A stretch of 64,000 nucleotides of DNA from Octopus vulgaris. Lineage: Eukaryota. The notes below the pieces were generated by a model. The model worked only from the letters and a program-made list of their open reading frames with translations. It was not told where the DNA came from and did no database searches. Below are positions 14,263 to 29,911 of this stretch, in pieces; positions within the stretch are counted from its first letter, which is position 1; every line of letters starts with the position of its first letter. The DNA lies in assembly GCA_951406725.2 (NCBI GenBank), contig OX597825.1:85436001-85500000 (forward strand), read 5' to 3'. The translations under genes were made by a program, and so were the position numbers.

Positions 14263-14961
14263 TGTATGTATGTATATGTGTGTGTGTATGTATAACATAA
14301 TAAGAAGGCATAAATAAATAAATATATAAAAAAGGGCGATATTGGAAACTACTTGTCTATTTTGCTTGTTGATATTATCTAAATGGCGACCAATTTGTTG
14401 ATAATGTTTCTCGTGGTTGATTGATAGATTTATAAATAACACAAAACAGATGTGTGTTGAATTGAGAGATAAACAGCTAATGGCCAATAATTATGGCAGG
14501 ACACAGCAGACGATAGAACGTTTAAAGCTTTCTGGATGGGGTGTTGGAGGGAGATAAGAGCCGTCGGTTGGGAAGTGGTGGTTACTGCCGTTGTTGCTTA
14601 ACCCCCAGATCAGCTCTGACTGGGAAGGCGTAGATGCAAAGCGTTCCAGCGAAGACCATCTCATCTTTCATCTAGGAAGTGCATAATTGATGAAAGTGTC
14701 AGATTCATAACAGGGTCGGATAAACTGTTTCGTTTGATTGTTCCGGCTCTCTGCGCAAAGGTCAACTTTGTCTTTCATCCCGATAAATGAAGTTCCAATC
14801 GTCTCCTGGAGCAGATCCTACCTCTTCTCTCACTCTTTATTTATAACAGATTTCCCCCCTTCTAGAAGAATCGACAGAAGTGAGTCCTGGATAGAGACGG
14901 GCTCAACCAGGTCTAAAGTATCCATGACACTGTAATATCACAAACGTTAAATCAAACCCGT

Positions 14962-15062
14962 TAAGTCTCCTGCTGTACAGCTTGTACAAGGGAGATAATC
15001 ACTTCTTCGTAATATTTGGCGGGATTAGAAGATTGAATTCGAAATTAAGAAATTAGAAGGGA
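14962..15062 (+). repeat. About 100 bp dispersed direct repeat, copy 2
   Basis: Matches 12467-12565. Confidence 0.9.
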
Positions 15063-15296
15063 AAAAGTACATATTTATTAGGGGCTTTTTCTACTTTCAT
15101 ATTACGAATGTCGTAAAATTTATAGTAATAATTAATTAGTTATGCATCGGAAGTACTTTGATCATAGCACTCTCTGGCCCAGGGTCAGTGGTTAAACGAC
15201 AATAACAACAATCTTAATCGTAGAAAAAAATGAGCAAATTTCGATAATCTAGTTAAATAAGTCTACCTGTATAGACACCTGTGTGTGTCTGTGTGT

Positions 15297-15500
15297 GAAG
15301 GGGCATCGCTTAATGGTTCAGGTATTCGGCACATGGTCGTAACGTCGTACGTTTGATTCCTGGCGGCGCGTTATGTCCTTAAGCAAGAAACTTTATGCGA
15401 CTGTGGAGTACTCAGCCACTTACACGCTAATATCACGAGCAGGCCGTTCCGTTGATCGGAATAAATGGAACACTCGTCATCGTAACCGATGGAGAGTCAT
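15297..15500 (+). mobile_element. SINE family C, internally deleted
   Basis: Head and tail (TCACGAGCAGGCCGTTCCGTTGATCGG..CGTAACCGATGGAG) match 48482-48790. Confidence 0.75.
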
Positions 15501-15650
15501 TTTCACTTTGTTTCCAACAATGAACACGTGTGTGTGTGTGGTGGGGGGTATGTATCCATGTGTGCGTATACGTGAGCATGTTTGTGTGTATATATTTACG
15601 ACGGTGTGGTTCGTTTGTATATATAAATATATATATATATATATGCATAT

Positions 15651-15815
15651 AGGCACAGGAGTGGCTGTGTGTGTGCGGCAAGTAGCTTGTATCCCAAACA
15701 CTTGGTTGCGGGTTCTGTGATAGCAACTTAGGCTAGTGTCTTCTACAATAACCCCAGGCCGACCAAAGCCATGTGAGTTGATTTGGCAGACGGAAATTGA
15801 AAGAATCCCGTCGTA
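15651..15815 (+). mobile_element. SINE family A head
   Basis: GGCACAGGAGTGGCTGTGTG...GTGTCTTCTACAATAACCCCAGGCCGACCAAAGCC...GACGGAAATTGAAAGAA. Confidence 0.8.
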
Positions 15816-15955
15816 TGTATACACATATATATATATATAAGCCTGCTCGCTTAGCCAGCGGGGTGGCGTCGTTCGAAGGCTAAAACAATGCGAACGCATT
15901 GTGACCAGTGATGTGTAGCAACATCTGATGATCTGGTCGGTCACGTGATATATAA

Positions 15956-16001
<46 letters not shown>

Positions 16002-16248
16002 ATATATGTGTGTGTGGGTAGGTGGGTGTGTAACCAAGGGGATAGTTGCGTTGTTGTATAGGTATGCGTGTCTTTGTTTGCGTGTGTATTCTCTGTCTTG
16101 GCGTGTGTCTTCGTCCACATGTGTGTGTTGGAGTTTAGGAGCCTATGTACAATGTGTGCCCCGTGTTTTCACTGAACGTCTAGGCGAGTGTATATGCATG
16201 TCCTCATCTATATTTGAGAGTGCCTATATATACATATATACTCTCCGA

Positions 16249-16287
<39 letters not shown>

Positions 16288-16304
16288 TACATACACACAC
16301 ATAT

Positions 16305-16460
<156 letters not shown>

Positions 16461-16734
16461 TATATACACATATATACACGCACACACATATATGTATGCA
16501 TGTATGTAGCTGTGTGTGTGTGTGTGTGTGTCTGCTGTTCGCAACAGTGTGGGCGCCCATCATGATTCCGTTTACTTTCCACTGTATTCAACATCAACAA
16601 AGCATTTATTGATTCTACACCGAATTTTCCTCTTGTCACCGTTGCCATGCCAACAACAGCGAAACGTGATTTATGTATGTGCATATAGTACGCGTACATA
16701 CATTATATAATTTACATATATACACACACACATA

Positions 16735-16779
<45 letters not shown>

Positions 16780-17272
16780 CACACACACATATATGTATAT
16801 ATATATATATATATACACACACAAATATGTGTATATATTTGTGTGTATGTATGCATGTATGTATATTTAAGAGTAAATAATTGAACGAATGTTACAACAA
16901 TATATTTGTTTCTCTCCGAAGGGGAGGCCATCAACCATTAAAATGTCGTTGCCAGTTATGGCTATATATAGACCTGTCATGGTTACCCAATGGTAACAAC
17001 ACAATCACAGTTCGAGATATTTAATGTAAAAAGAGGAGATATATAACAGCGAAATAAGGAGAAAGTAGTGGCGGGGGGGGGGGGGGTAATTTTATCGAAA
17101 TATTAATGGAATGGTACCGTACTAGTGAAAATGAAATTAAATTTGTCTTGGGAAATGTAGAAATGTATATTCGTTTTCAAGTGGCTCGTAAAATCTAATC
17201 ACACATTCTGAAGATGATTTTGTTATATGTTATGTTTTAGCATAGTGTTGTCACATGAAATTAGTAATAATG

Positions 17273-17385
<113 letters not shown>

Positions 17386-17394
17386 TCTAATAAT

Positions 17395-18734
<1,340 letters not shown>

Positions 18735-19077
18735 TCTCAAAATACAAAGACCTGGAAATAGAGGTAACTAGAATGTGGAATCTGAAAACAGAAACAATTC
18801 CTATCATAGTAGGTGCATTAGGCATGATAAAAAAATATTCAGACAAATACATAACAAAAACACCAGGACTTACAAACACATATAACATACAGAAAATTGC
18901 ACTACTAGGCACTGCACACATCCTACGCAGAACACTTTCCATACAATAACCATCCTACGCAGAACACTTTCCATACAGTAACCATCAGAGCATCACAACA
19001 TCACACAGCACATACCCAAGGCACACAGAGCTGCGCTCGGTAGTGAAGTGAAAGCACGCTATAAAAATAAAACTACT
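18735..19077 (+). mobile_element. Short 5'-truncated R4/Dong-like LINE, near-identical to the 3' end of 19168-19942
   Basis: SKYKDLEIEVTRMWNLKTETIPIIVGALG...LGTAHILRRTLSIQ* plus the same 3' UTR; carries a 32-bp tandem duplication; (TAA)n on both flanks. Confidence 0.93.
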
Positions 19078-19078
19078 A

Positions 19079-20050
<972 letters not shown>

Positions 20051-20053
20051 AAG

Positions 20054-20092
<39 letters not shown>

Positions 20093-20730
20093 AAGATTAA
20101 CAACAATAGCAACCAGTGAAAAGTTAGATGTAAAGAAGGAAGAAAAACTAATTGTAAAAGAAAAAGTCCTTTTATTCTATTTTCGTATTTTGGCCGCTGA
20201 TGCTTTCTGACAGTGAAGTAACAATGATTCATACGTATATCGTTACACCTGCTAATCTGATTTCATAATTTTTTGTTTTCATTTCTAAGTAAACTACGTA
20301 AAACCTACCGTTTCTAAAAGCTATTCTTATTTCTTTTCCATTATTCAAGATATGACAGGATACAGCTCACTCCTGCATTTGTCCAGCACTATCAAATATA
20401 ATGTTATAACCATTTTCTACAGAGTGATAGCACGATGCCTAAATCGCCAGTCTCTCATTATGTTATTTTTATCATTCATACTTTCAGAAATACTTTAAAA
20501 ATTCCTTTACTTGAAAGAAGAATGAGGGGAACATCCCAGAAAACTTTGAGTTTTCTTTAGATTTCATCTAATTTAGTATGTCCTTCTGTCTATCCTTATA
20601 AATAGTCATTCCATGTCTTTTCCTAATCACAAATAGGCTCATAAATACATAATGTTTAATCCACCATCTAAGTTAATGAAAGTTTCTAAACTGCCATCTC
20701 ACTTCTGCCCAATATTAAAATTATCTGGTA

Positions 20731-21119
20731 CTAGCAGTATCGCCCGACGTTTCTCGGGTTTGTTTTGACCGTTTAGAATTATAATTTTTGAAAAGTAAAA
20801 ATTCTGCATTATGTAGCTTGTTATTCTCTTTAAGCGAACATTTTTCAGGTTGAAATACACCGTGACACAGCAGTGAAAAAATCGTAAAAATTAGGGATTT
20901 TCATAGAAAAAAGCACCTTTTTTATGTAAATAATTTTTGGTGTTAACATGGTCCCATTTGAATATTTTCTTCTACGGAAGAAAGAGCAAGTCTTCGTCTA
21001 TCATACTCTCAATTTTGGTCAACTTGCGCCGCAGGGTCTCGGAGGAGATAGTGTTAGTTGAAGGCTACCAAACCTGCCATACACAGACAACTTCAGCTTT
21101 ATAGAGAGAGAGAGAGAGA
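20731..21119 (-). mobile_element. Non-autonomous Helitron-like element
   Basis: Minus strand starts A|TCTCTC..TATAAAGCTGAAGTTGTCTGTG and ends with hairpin CCCGAGAAACGTCGGG, then CGATACTGCTAG|T. These are TC...CTRR termini at an AT site with no TSD. Confidence 0.85.
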
Positions 21120-21495
21120 TTACTATGACGTTAACTCACATATTGTCAATGTTTTCGCGGAGAATGATGTGGTAATTATCAAGTGCTATTCTATGGCAGT
21201 CTATCAGTGTAATATAATTCCATAATATATCTACGTTTTCATTTTTTAAAACAGAGACAAGTTCATATGTGTACCACTGATAAGCTTCGATTGATAAACA
21301 TAAGATCAAAGTACTCCGATCGATCTAAGCAAATTATACCCCGCCCTGAAACGTCATGGCTTTGTGCCAGGAAAACAAACTGTCATTCAACCAATAAAAC
21401 ATCTATTGCAATCGAATCGCGCTTTGCGTCTTCTCTATTTACCTTTGTGAAGAATTACGTCAATCCTTTAAAAAATATTGTTGTTGTTATTATTA

Positions 21496-21536
<41 letters not shown>

Positions 21537-21542
21537 ATTATT

Positions 21543-21595
<53 letters not shown>

Positions 21596-21607
21596 TATTA
21601 TTATTTT

Positions 21608-21659
<52 letters not shown>

Positions 21660-21709
21660 TCCATCATCAGCATCAAGTGGCAGGGGCAGTAGCGAAATAT
21701 TGTCATGTA

Positions 21710-22412
21710 ATACAACAAATTGATAGGTTTTTTTCAAAGGATGTGTCTGGTACTTGTCAGCACAATCTTTTGGATTTCTCTGATTTTTGGATTTCTCCTG
21801 GGATATTATCTAGCTGTTTTTGACATCCCTTTCTTATCATACACTGGGAACCAACAATAACAGGAACAGTTCTCGCTATAAGATGCCACATCTTTTGTAT
21901 TTCAATTTCCAGGTCCTTATTTTTTTCTCCCTCTAGTTTCAGCTCAGAGCGGCGGCCAAGCTGATGCACCGCCGTTTATTTACTTAATTTGTCAAATACC
22001 CTTATAGATATATTTTTCATTAGCGGGAACACTTACATCTATTAGTCTACAAGTATTTTCTTCCCCGTCTTTAATGACTATGTCTGGTCGATTAGCCCGG
22101 ATCATTCTGTTGGTGATGATTGGAAAATCTCAGAGGATAGTGACATTTCTACCTTCAACGACTGGCTCAGGATGATGCTCATACCAGTCAGCAGGAGTGC
22201 TTATTTTGTAGTGTTTACGTATTTTCCAATGTAAATACTGTCCGACCCTATTTTGCAAATTTTTTATATTTGTTTGGTGTCAGCACAGGACATCCCTTGA
22301 CAAGATGGTCTCTTGTCTCGTCAAATGCATCGCTGAATCTTAATCTAAGGTTAGAACCGTTTTGAAGAACGTTGGCCTGGTAGTTTTTGGTAAGCAAGCT
22401 TTGGTCTTGTGC
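21710..22412 (-). mobile_element. Degenerate R4/Dong-like LINE, third subfamily
   Basis: AQDQSLLTKNYQ..ETRDHLVKGCPVL..RVGQYLHWKI..WYEHHPEPVVE..IRANRPDIVIKD..IDVSVP..KDLEIEIQKMWHL..EIQKIVLTSTRHIL. Its 5' end abuts (TAA)n. Confidence 0.9.
21922..21975 (-). mobile_element. About 50 bp CR1-type LINE 3' tail nested in the R4 copy
   Basis: Minus strand AACGGCGGTGCATCAGCTTGGCCGCCGCTCTGAGCTGAAACTA matches 29751-29782. It interrupts LSK|KDLE and is flanked by AAATAA on both sides. Confidence 0.75.
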
Positions 22413-22485
<73 letters not shown>

Positions 22486-22486
22486 T

Positions 22487-22700
22487 AAGGAGGATAGCTG
22501 GTAGAATCGTTTGCACGCCAGAAAAGAATGCTTAGCGGCATTTCGTCCGTACTTACGTTCTGAGTTCAAATTCCGCTGAGGTCGACTTTTCCTTCCATCC
22601 TCTCGGGGTCGATAAGGTAAGTACCAGTTAATCACTGAGGTCGATATAATCGATTTACCCCTCCCTGAAAATGTTGGCTTTGTGCCAAAATTTGAACTTA
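22487..22700 (+). mobile_element. tRNA-derived SINE, family B
   Basis: AGCTGGTAGAATCGTT..GAGTTCAAATTCCGC (A/B boxes)..GGTCGATAAGGTAAGTACCAGTT..GTGCCAAAATTTGAA plus an (AAT) tail. Confidence 0.85.
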
Positions 22701-22716
22701 TAATAATAATAATAAC

Positions 22717-22754
<38 letters not shown>

Positions 22755-22791
22755 TTATTATTGTTGTTGTTGTTGTTGTTGTTGTTATTAT

Positions 22792-23150
22792 CATTCCTTC
22801 GTAACAGAGTGTAAGTAAAAATGCGCCGGAGTCTTTAGTCATCTGTCAAGTGACAACAAGGACCTCAGACAGATAATAACTTTCCTTTAGATGTGCGCTG
22901 TGCCCAATAAGGCTGCTTTTTGCGAAACATCAATCTTGCATGGGATTTCCAGTTGCCTTAAGAAGTCTTGAAGTTTCAATGCGATTAAGCCCAACGCTCC
23001 AATCACCACTGGTATCACATTCCAAAAATGTTTGCCATTCCCACTTCCAGTTCGGAGTACTTGGTGATTTTTTTCAACCGCTTTACTCACAACATTCATA
23101 TTATGTAGTATAGCTACATCAATGATCTGACACTATTTGTCTCTCTTATT
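22792..23150 (-). mobile_element. 5'-truncated R4/Dong-like LINE, fourth subfamily
   Basis: CQIIDVAI..NVVSKAVEK(I)TKYSELE..VIPVVIGALGLI..QKAALLGTAHI. (TAA)n upstream and an ATAATAACAAC tail downstream on the minus strand. Confidence 0.87.
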
Positions 23151-23172
23151 CAATTATTATTATTATTATTAC

Positions 23173-23356
<184 letters not shown>

Positions 23357-23603
23357 GTTGTTGTTGTTGTTGTTGTTGCTTAGTATCATCATCATCATCT
23401 CGGCTTTGTATGTTTGTTCCTAGTTTTCTGTGTCATATTGTTTTATTTTCTGTCATTTGATATTTTTGTATGTTTTTTTTTATGCAAAAAAGAAAAACAA
23501 ATTTCGCTTTGTTGGCAAGTTGCCGAAGAGGAATGAATGAATGCAGCGATGTTTGGTTATAGTCTATGGAGAAGTCGACATTGGGAAGAGATGTAGTCAA
23601 TGA

Positions 23604-23686
<83 letters not shown>

Positions 23687-24353
23687 GTATATGTCTATGT
23701 ACGCACACACATACACTCAAGAATACACACACATACACACACATACAAACACTTCCATGCACACATATGCGCATATGAGAATAAATATACGCAGTGACAC
23801 AGACGCATACACAAATATATTGAAATACACGCATAACTAACCACATGTATACATTTATTTATATATATTTGTATATGTGTGTGCGCATATATAAATGCAT
23901 GTATCTATGTATTTATAAGTGTATGTATGCGCGTATGTTTTGATGTACGTGTACACATACACACATACACACAAACATGCATGCACACATACACATATAT
24001 ACAGACAGACATACACACACACACACATATATATACATATATATGTGTATATATATATATATATAATGTGTGCGTGTGTGTGTGTGTATACATATAGTTG
24101 AAATTTACAGAAAAACAAAAGATGAAGACAGGTGTATAAACAACAGTTTCAAGCTCGGGAAGGTGAGAAAGTATTTCCCAATCACATGGTCTTGGGTTCA
24201 GTCCCTCTGCGTGGTAACTTGGCCTCGGGTTCGGCCAAAACCTTGTAAGTGGATTTGGTAGACGGAAACTGAAAGAAGTACGCGCGCGTGTGTGTGTTGT
24301 GTCTGTGTTTATTTTAATCTCTCCAGACAAGATATTCATGTATATAAATGCAT

Positions 24354-24408
<55 letters not shown>

Positions 24409-26161
24409 CAACATTTTACTATTTTACCAATCGATAAAAGAATTCTCGTCAGGACTGGCCAAGATTCAGACAATATTTATGAGCAGTAAAGAAACCGGCA
24501 ACGGATTTTTAAAAGTTTCATACAGCAGAGTTTCTAGAAATAAAATACGCATGACAATCTTACTAGAATTAAATCCACTTTGAAGTATATTAAAAGGTTA
24601 CTGAAGAAGTTGTTTTGCAACGGAGTGTGTCTATATGTATGTCTGTTCCTCCTCTGTTAAATTTAAACATACTCATACAGTTATCAACAGACTGACGTAG
24701 ATGGATGGATAACACAGGCCCTTGGAATCCTTCTACATACATAACGTTAAAGACTTATGTATAAATATATGTTGTATGTGTTATTTAATGGTACTGTAAA
24801 TATATACTTTGCAAACAGTTCAATTTAAGCAATGGTGAATGTATATTTATTTTCATCCATTTTTCAAAACGTCGCCATCATTTCTATCACAGTCTTCGCT
24901 CTGTCTCCAGTTGTAATCTCTCTTTTTAAAGATTTACTATCTTTCTGTATTTCTTTGTTCTAGAGAGAGTAGGAGAAAGAGAAAAATATTGAAAGATTGA
25001 AAAGAAAATAGTTTGACGTCACAAAAACGTACCACCCCCAATATTGTTCATTTACTTCCATCTTTGTCTCTTTACCTTTTTATTGAAATATTGCACCAAA
25101 TGAATAACTCCGAGCAACGAAGGTTTAAAACAGCTTTGAACGAATATCGAACGAATACAGGAGTATTCTTTCTTCTATGATAACTTTCAGTCTCATACAA
25201 GAAGCTGCCCCGCCCATGAGAGTCCCATATTTTATTTCAGCTATACCATATCTAAAATGACATTATCTTGTGTTTCCTTCATTTATTTTTTATAGCAGAG
25301 TGTGATTTCTAGGAGGCAGAGCTGCCACTTAGAGAATATTCTTAATGCCTCAGAACGACTTGGAAAGATGCAAAAGAATATAAAACGTTCCACGTTTGTT
25401 TCCGTATTTGGTGTCAATGGATTTTGTGTCGGGATTATCTGCTAAAACCGTTAATACTGTTAAAAGACACGCAATAAAATTCAACCAATTAAATATACAT
25501 TTTACAAATAAAAAGAACAAAACAAATAAACTAATGTCTTCGCCTATTTATCCCAGTCCCCTCCCACCACGACCACCACCACTTCCTCTATACTAAACTT
25601 TGCTCGGTCTCAGTCATTTTATCTTCAAAATACACGTTTAACTGATTCTGCTGACTGCATAGTGTTTCGCGTTGATGCCTTTATTTAACTACCACCTTTC
25701 AGTTTGAAGAGAAATATGTGTGTGTGAGTAGAGGAGGTAGTGCTGAAGTGGTGGATGGTTTGTGGTGGTGAGCAGACCTTGTTTACGATGTCTAGTTCGA
25801 TTTATTATGATGTTGGTGTTCAATTCCCATCGGGGTCGATTTTACATTTCATCAATCTGCTGGAGTTGATTTAATCGACGGAAACCATTCTTGTGGAAAA
25901 CATGGCCTCAAGTCTTCTGTGGACTTATTTACATACTTAGATTAATATCTATCTGTATATCTATCTATCTATCTGTCTATCTGTGTGTCTGTCTCTCTGT
26001 CAATCTCCCGATAAATCTATCTATCGATATATCTATCTATGTGTATATATGCATGAGTATCTAAATGTGTGTGTGTATATATATATGACTGTATGAATAT
26101 CTGTAGTGATTCATATGTACGTTTTCTTCACCCAGCTCTTTCTCTCTCTCTCTCTCTCTCT

Positions 26162-26200
<39 letters not shown>

Positions 26201-26273
26201 TAAATTCATTATATATGTACGTGTGTACGTGCATGCGTGTGTGTGTTTAAATATATATATATATATATATATA

Positions 26274-26320
<47 letters not shown>

Positions 26321-27022
26321 ATTTATGTATGTACGTGTACGTGCATGCGTGTTTGTGTTTATATATATATATATATATATATTTGGATATTAAGTGTTAA
26401 GACTGAAAATTGCTTCTTCCATCTTCAACCGTTTAATTCTGTTTAAGTATATAATGTGTTGTCTGCTAACGTTTTTTCTTTCTCGTTTCTTTTGCATCGT
26501 ATCGTATGCTGTGCATCGCAATCTCCGGTCGGAGAATGTCTATCGCAATTGTGCGCGTAACTCATGAAAGTTTACAGTTTTAACGTTTGCAATCGAATTT
26601 TAAAATCACATCAGTCATGAGTAATTTTATGCTTGTGTTTTGCGATACACAAGAGAAAGAGTAATTTCTAATCTTGGTGCTATTTTTTTGAGTTTTGCGT
26701 TGTTTTTGGTGGTTTTTTCATAATAAATTCATCTGTGCTGTAGTTCGTTTGAATTTAATTCATTTAGTTTTAATATAAACGTTGGATTACATTCAATAAG
26801 TTTGTTGATCGAAGAATTTGTTGCGTAGTATTTCTTCCTTGGTTTAGTTTGCTAGTGTCAGAATATTCTATTTTTACAGCTCAGTCTGTCGTTATACGAT
26901 GTATATGAAAAAATATGGTGATGGATTAAAGAATCTTACAGTTCTACACGAACTGCATGCAACACATACCATTATATGAAAAAAATGGAACCTTTCATAA
27001 AAAACAAATTTCGAATATATAA

Positions 27023-27081
<59 letters not shown>

Positions 27082-29062
27082 TACATACATATACACACAG
27101 ACACACTCATATATATATATATACATACACACACATACACACACATGCACACATATATATACACATACATACATATGCACACACAGACACACATATATAT
27201 ACATATACACACACACACACACATAATATTAATACGCATATATAAACATAGATATTGATATAACATACATCTCTACTACATATATACATATGTTGTATGT
27301 GTGTGTGTGTGTGTGTGCGTGTGTGTGTGCGTGTGTGTGCGTGTGTGTGTGTGTGCACTTCAGTTCTTCTGCAATGCCATTCCTCATATTAACTTCCAAC
27401 AAAAGCCACATAAATGTCTCTGTCTGAAATACTAATGAGACTATTTCGAAATGGGGAATGGAGCAGAAAATTTCTGATTCTATTTTAAGATTTGTTCTTA
27501 CCATGAAACCAATTCAATTGAAAACCCTTTATTGTCATCACAATTTTACAAAAATAACAATAACAACCACTACTACCACCACCATCACTACCACCACCAC
27601 CACCACCACTACTACCACTACTAAACATGTCCGTTTTGTGAGGTGGCTGCTAAATCTTTGTTGAGCCGTTCTCATGTATTTGAATTCTGCCTTTATAGAA
27701 GGGGTTATAAGGGGTTATGAAGAAGTTGGGACGCCGACGTTAAGGCTTCACTTCATAAAAATAGCAGCCAAATGACCCTCAAATTATATCTTAGCGTTAG
27801 AGGAAAAAGGGATACGGACTCTGGGTTATGACGTAATTTGTAGTTTACAGCTGGGTCCGTCCCTCTCGTAAGTAATCTCTGCGCCATCCTAGGGTTAAAT
27901 GAGAATAACAGCAAATCTGCACAACTGCTTTAACTACTCCATATATGGACAGACAGACAGACAGACAGATAGATAGACAGAGAGAGACAGAGACAGAGAC
28001 AGACAGACAGACAGAGAAATAAATTTGTGTGTGTGTGTAGTTCTAACATATTGGTATTTAGCATTAACAAAAGGACTTACATTTTGGCGTTTAAAATCGA
28101 TTATATAAATTATATAAATTCTTGACTGCTACTTATTTATCAACCCCTGATGAGTGAAAAGCTCAATGGACCAGAAACGAATGTGGACTCAAGACGTAAG
28201 TAAAAACGTTCAGGTATTTTGTGCAGCTACCGACTCAGTAACTGGGTGGATTTACCCTAAATAACATCTACCCTACTTTAAAATGAAATTATGAGGATGT
28301 TTGTAATATAATCGAAACGGATCTGACTGAAAGATTTCTATTTTGACTAATCGAAGAAGACTTCTGGAATAATTCCCTAACGCACCAAGTTTCCTAATAT
28401 TTTCAAATGGATCTAGATTTTAACGTTTCACCATTCTTCAGGAATAAGTAGTTTCTTTTTGTAGGTGCTGGTGGTTATTCTTTGATAGATTTTTCTGAAT
28501 TTTCCGGAATTAGGTCTCGCAGTTAAAACTGTCAAAGAGAGCATATTATAGCAAAGAAAGGTCTTATTGATTTTCTTTACGAGGGAAATTCTAAATTGAC
28601 TCCATCGTAAATGTATTCAATGTGAATTAAATTCAACTTTTGCAATAACACAGGAATACCATAATGTCCTGAAAATTCGTCATAAACTATTTTGCCGAGG
28701 GAAATTTCACCGTAAACTAGTTAACTCGTTTAAAAGAAATTACCTTTCTTTAATTGGTAGGCTAATTAATGAAGTTGCCATTTTCAGAAAACAGCTAGTC
28801 TTTTATTTATTTATTTCATTATTTCATTATTATTATTTTTTTTTTTACAGTTTATTTTTTCTTACGGTGAATTTTCCTGCAACAAAAATGTTTTCGGTGA
28901 AATTCTGTATACCTGGCTATTATGACCCTCTTGTATAAATTTACATGAATTTAATTATTCATTTCTACAATGAAGCCTTTAGCTGTAATCAATACCACAG
29001 CAATTTTCAAACTATCAAATGTAATGAAATATACCATTCCTCATACGATATATTTACTAGTC

Positions 29063-29129
<67 letters not shown>

Positions 29130-29197
29130 AGAGGGAGAGAGAGAAAAAGAGTTTCTGTTTGTACGTGTGTGTATGTAATTATTCAATGTCAGTTAAA

Positions 29198-29785
29198 TTA
29201 CCTCAGCCACCTGGATTACTGCTCCCAGCAATGGTCACCCAGCAGTATGAAATTAACAGCGGACCTTGAAGCAATCCAGCGAAGCTTCACAAAGAGGATC
29301 GTCTCTTTGTAACAGCTAAGCTACTGGGAAAGGCTGAAACACCCAAGACTCTACTCTCTGGAGCGAAGGCGGGAGAGGTGTGCAATAATATACATCTGGA
29401 AGATCCTAGAAGGAAATGTGCCAAATTTTGTTATTGAAAGCTACACCATTGCCAGAACGGGTCGACACTGCACAGTGCCAAAGATCCCAGAAATGCCATC
29501 GCACTTCAGAACCAGTTATTGCAACACCCTGGGTTTCAGGGACTCACAGCTTTTTAATATTCTCCCAAAGAGCCTGAGGAACCTGCACAAAGTAGATGTA
29601 GGCGTTTTCAAATCAAGGCAGGATCTCTTCCTGTCGAGAGTCCCAGACGAACCTACTTCAAGAGGTGCAAAGAAGGGTAACTACATCAAACGCCATTCTA
29701 CACCAAGTGTCACATATTAGAGGAGGATCTCAGTAATAACGGTGTAGGAAAACGGCGGCGCTCCAGCTCCGAGCTGAAACTACAA
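29198..29785 (+). mobile_element. CR1-group LINE, ORF2 C-terminus plus 3' tail, pseudogenised
   Basis: LSHLDYCSQQWSP..LEAIQRSFTKRI..LSYWERLK..LYSLERRRER..IYIWKILEG..QLFNILPKSLR is a typical post-RT CR1/L2 motif series; contains an in-frame stop. Confidence 0.92.
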
Positions 29786-29819
29786 ATATATATATACATA
29801 CACACTCACACACACACAC

Positions 29820-29911
<92 letters not shown>

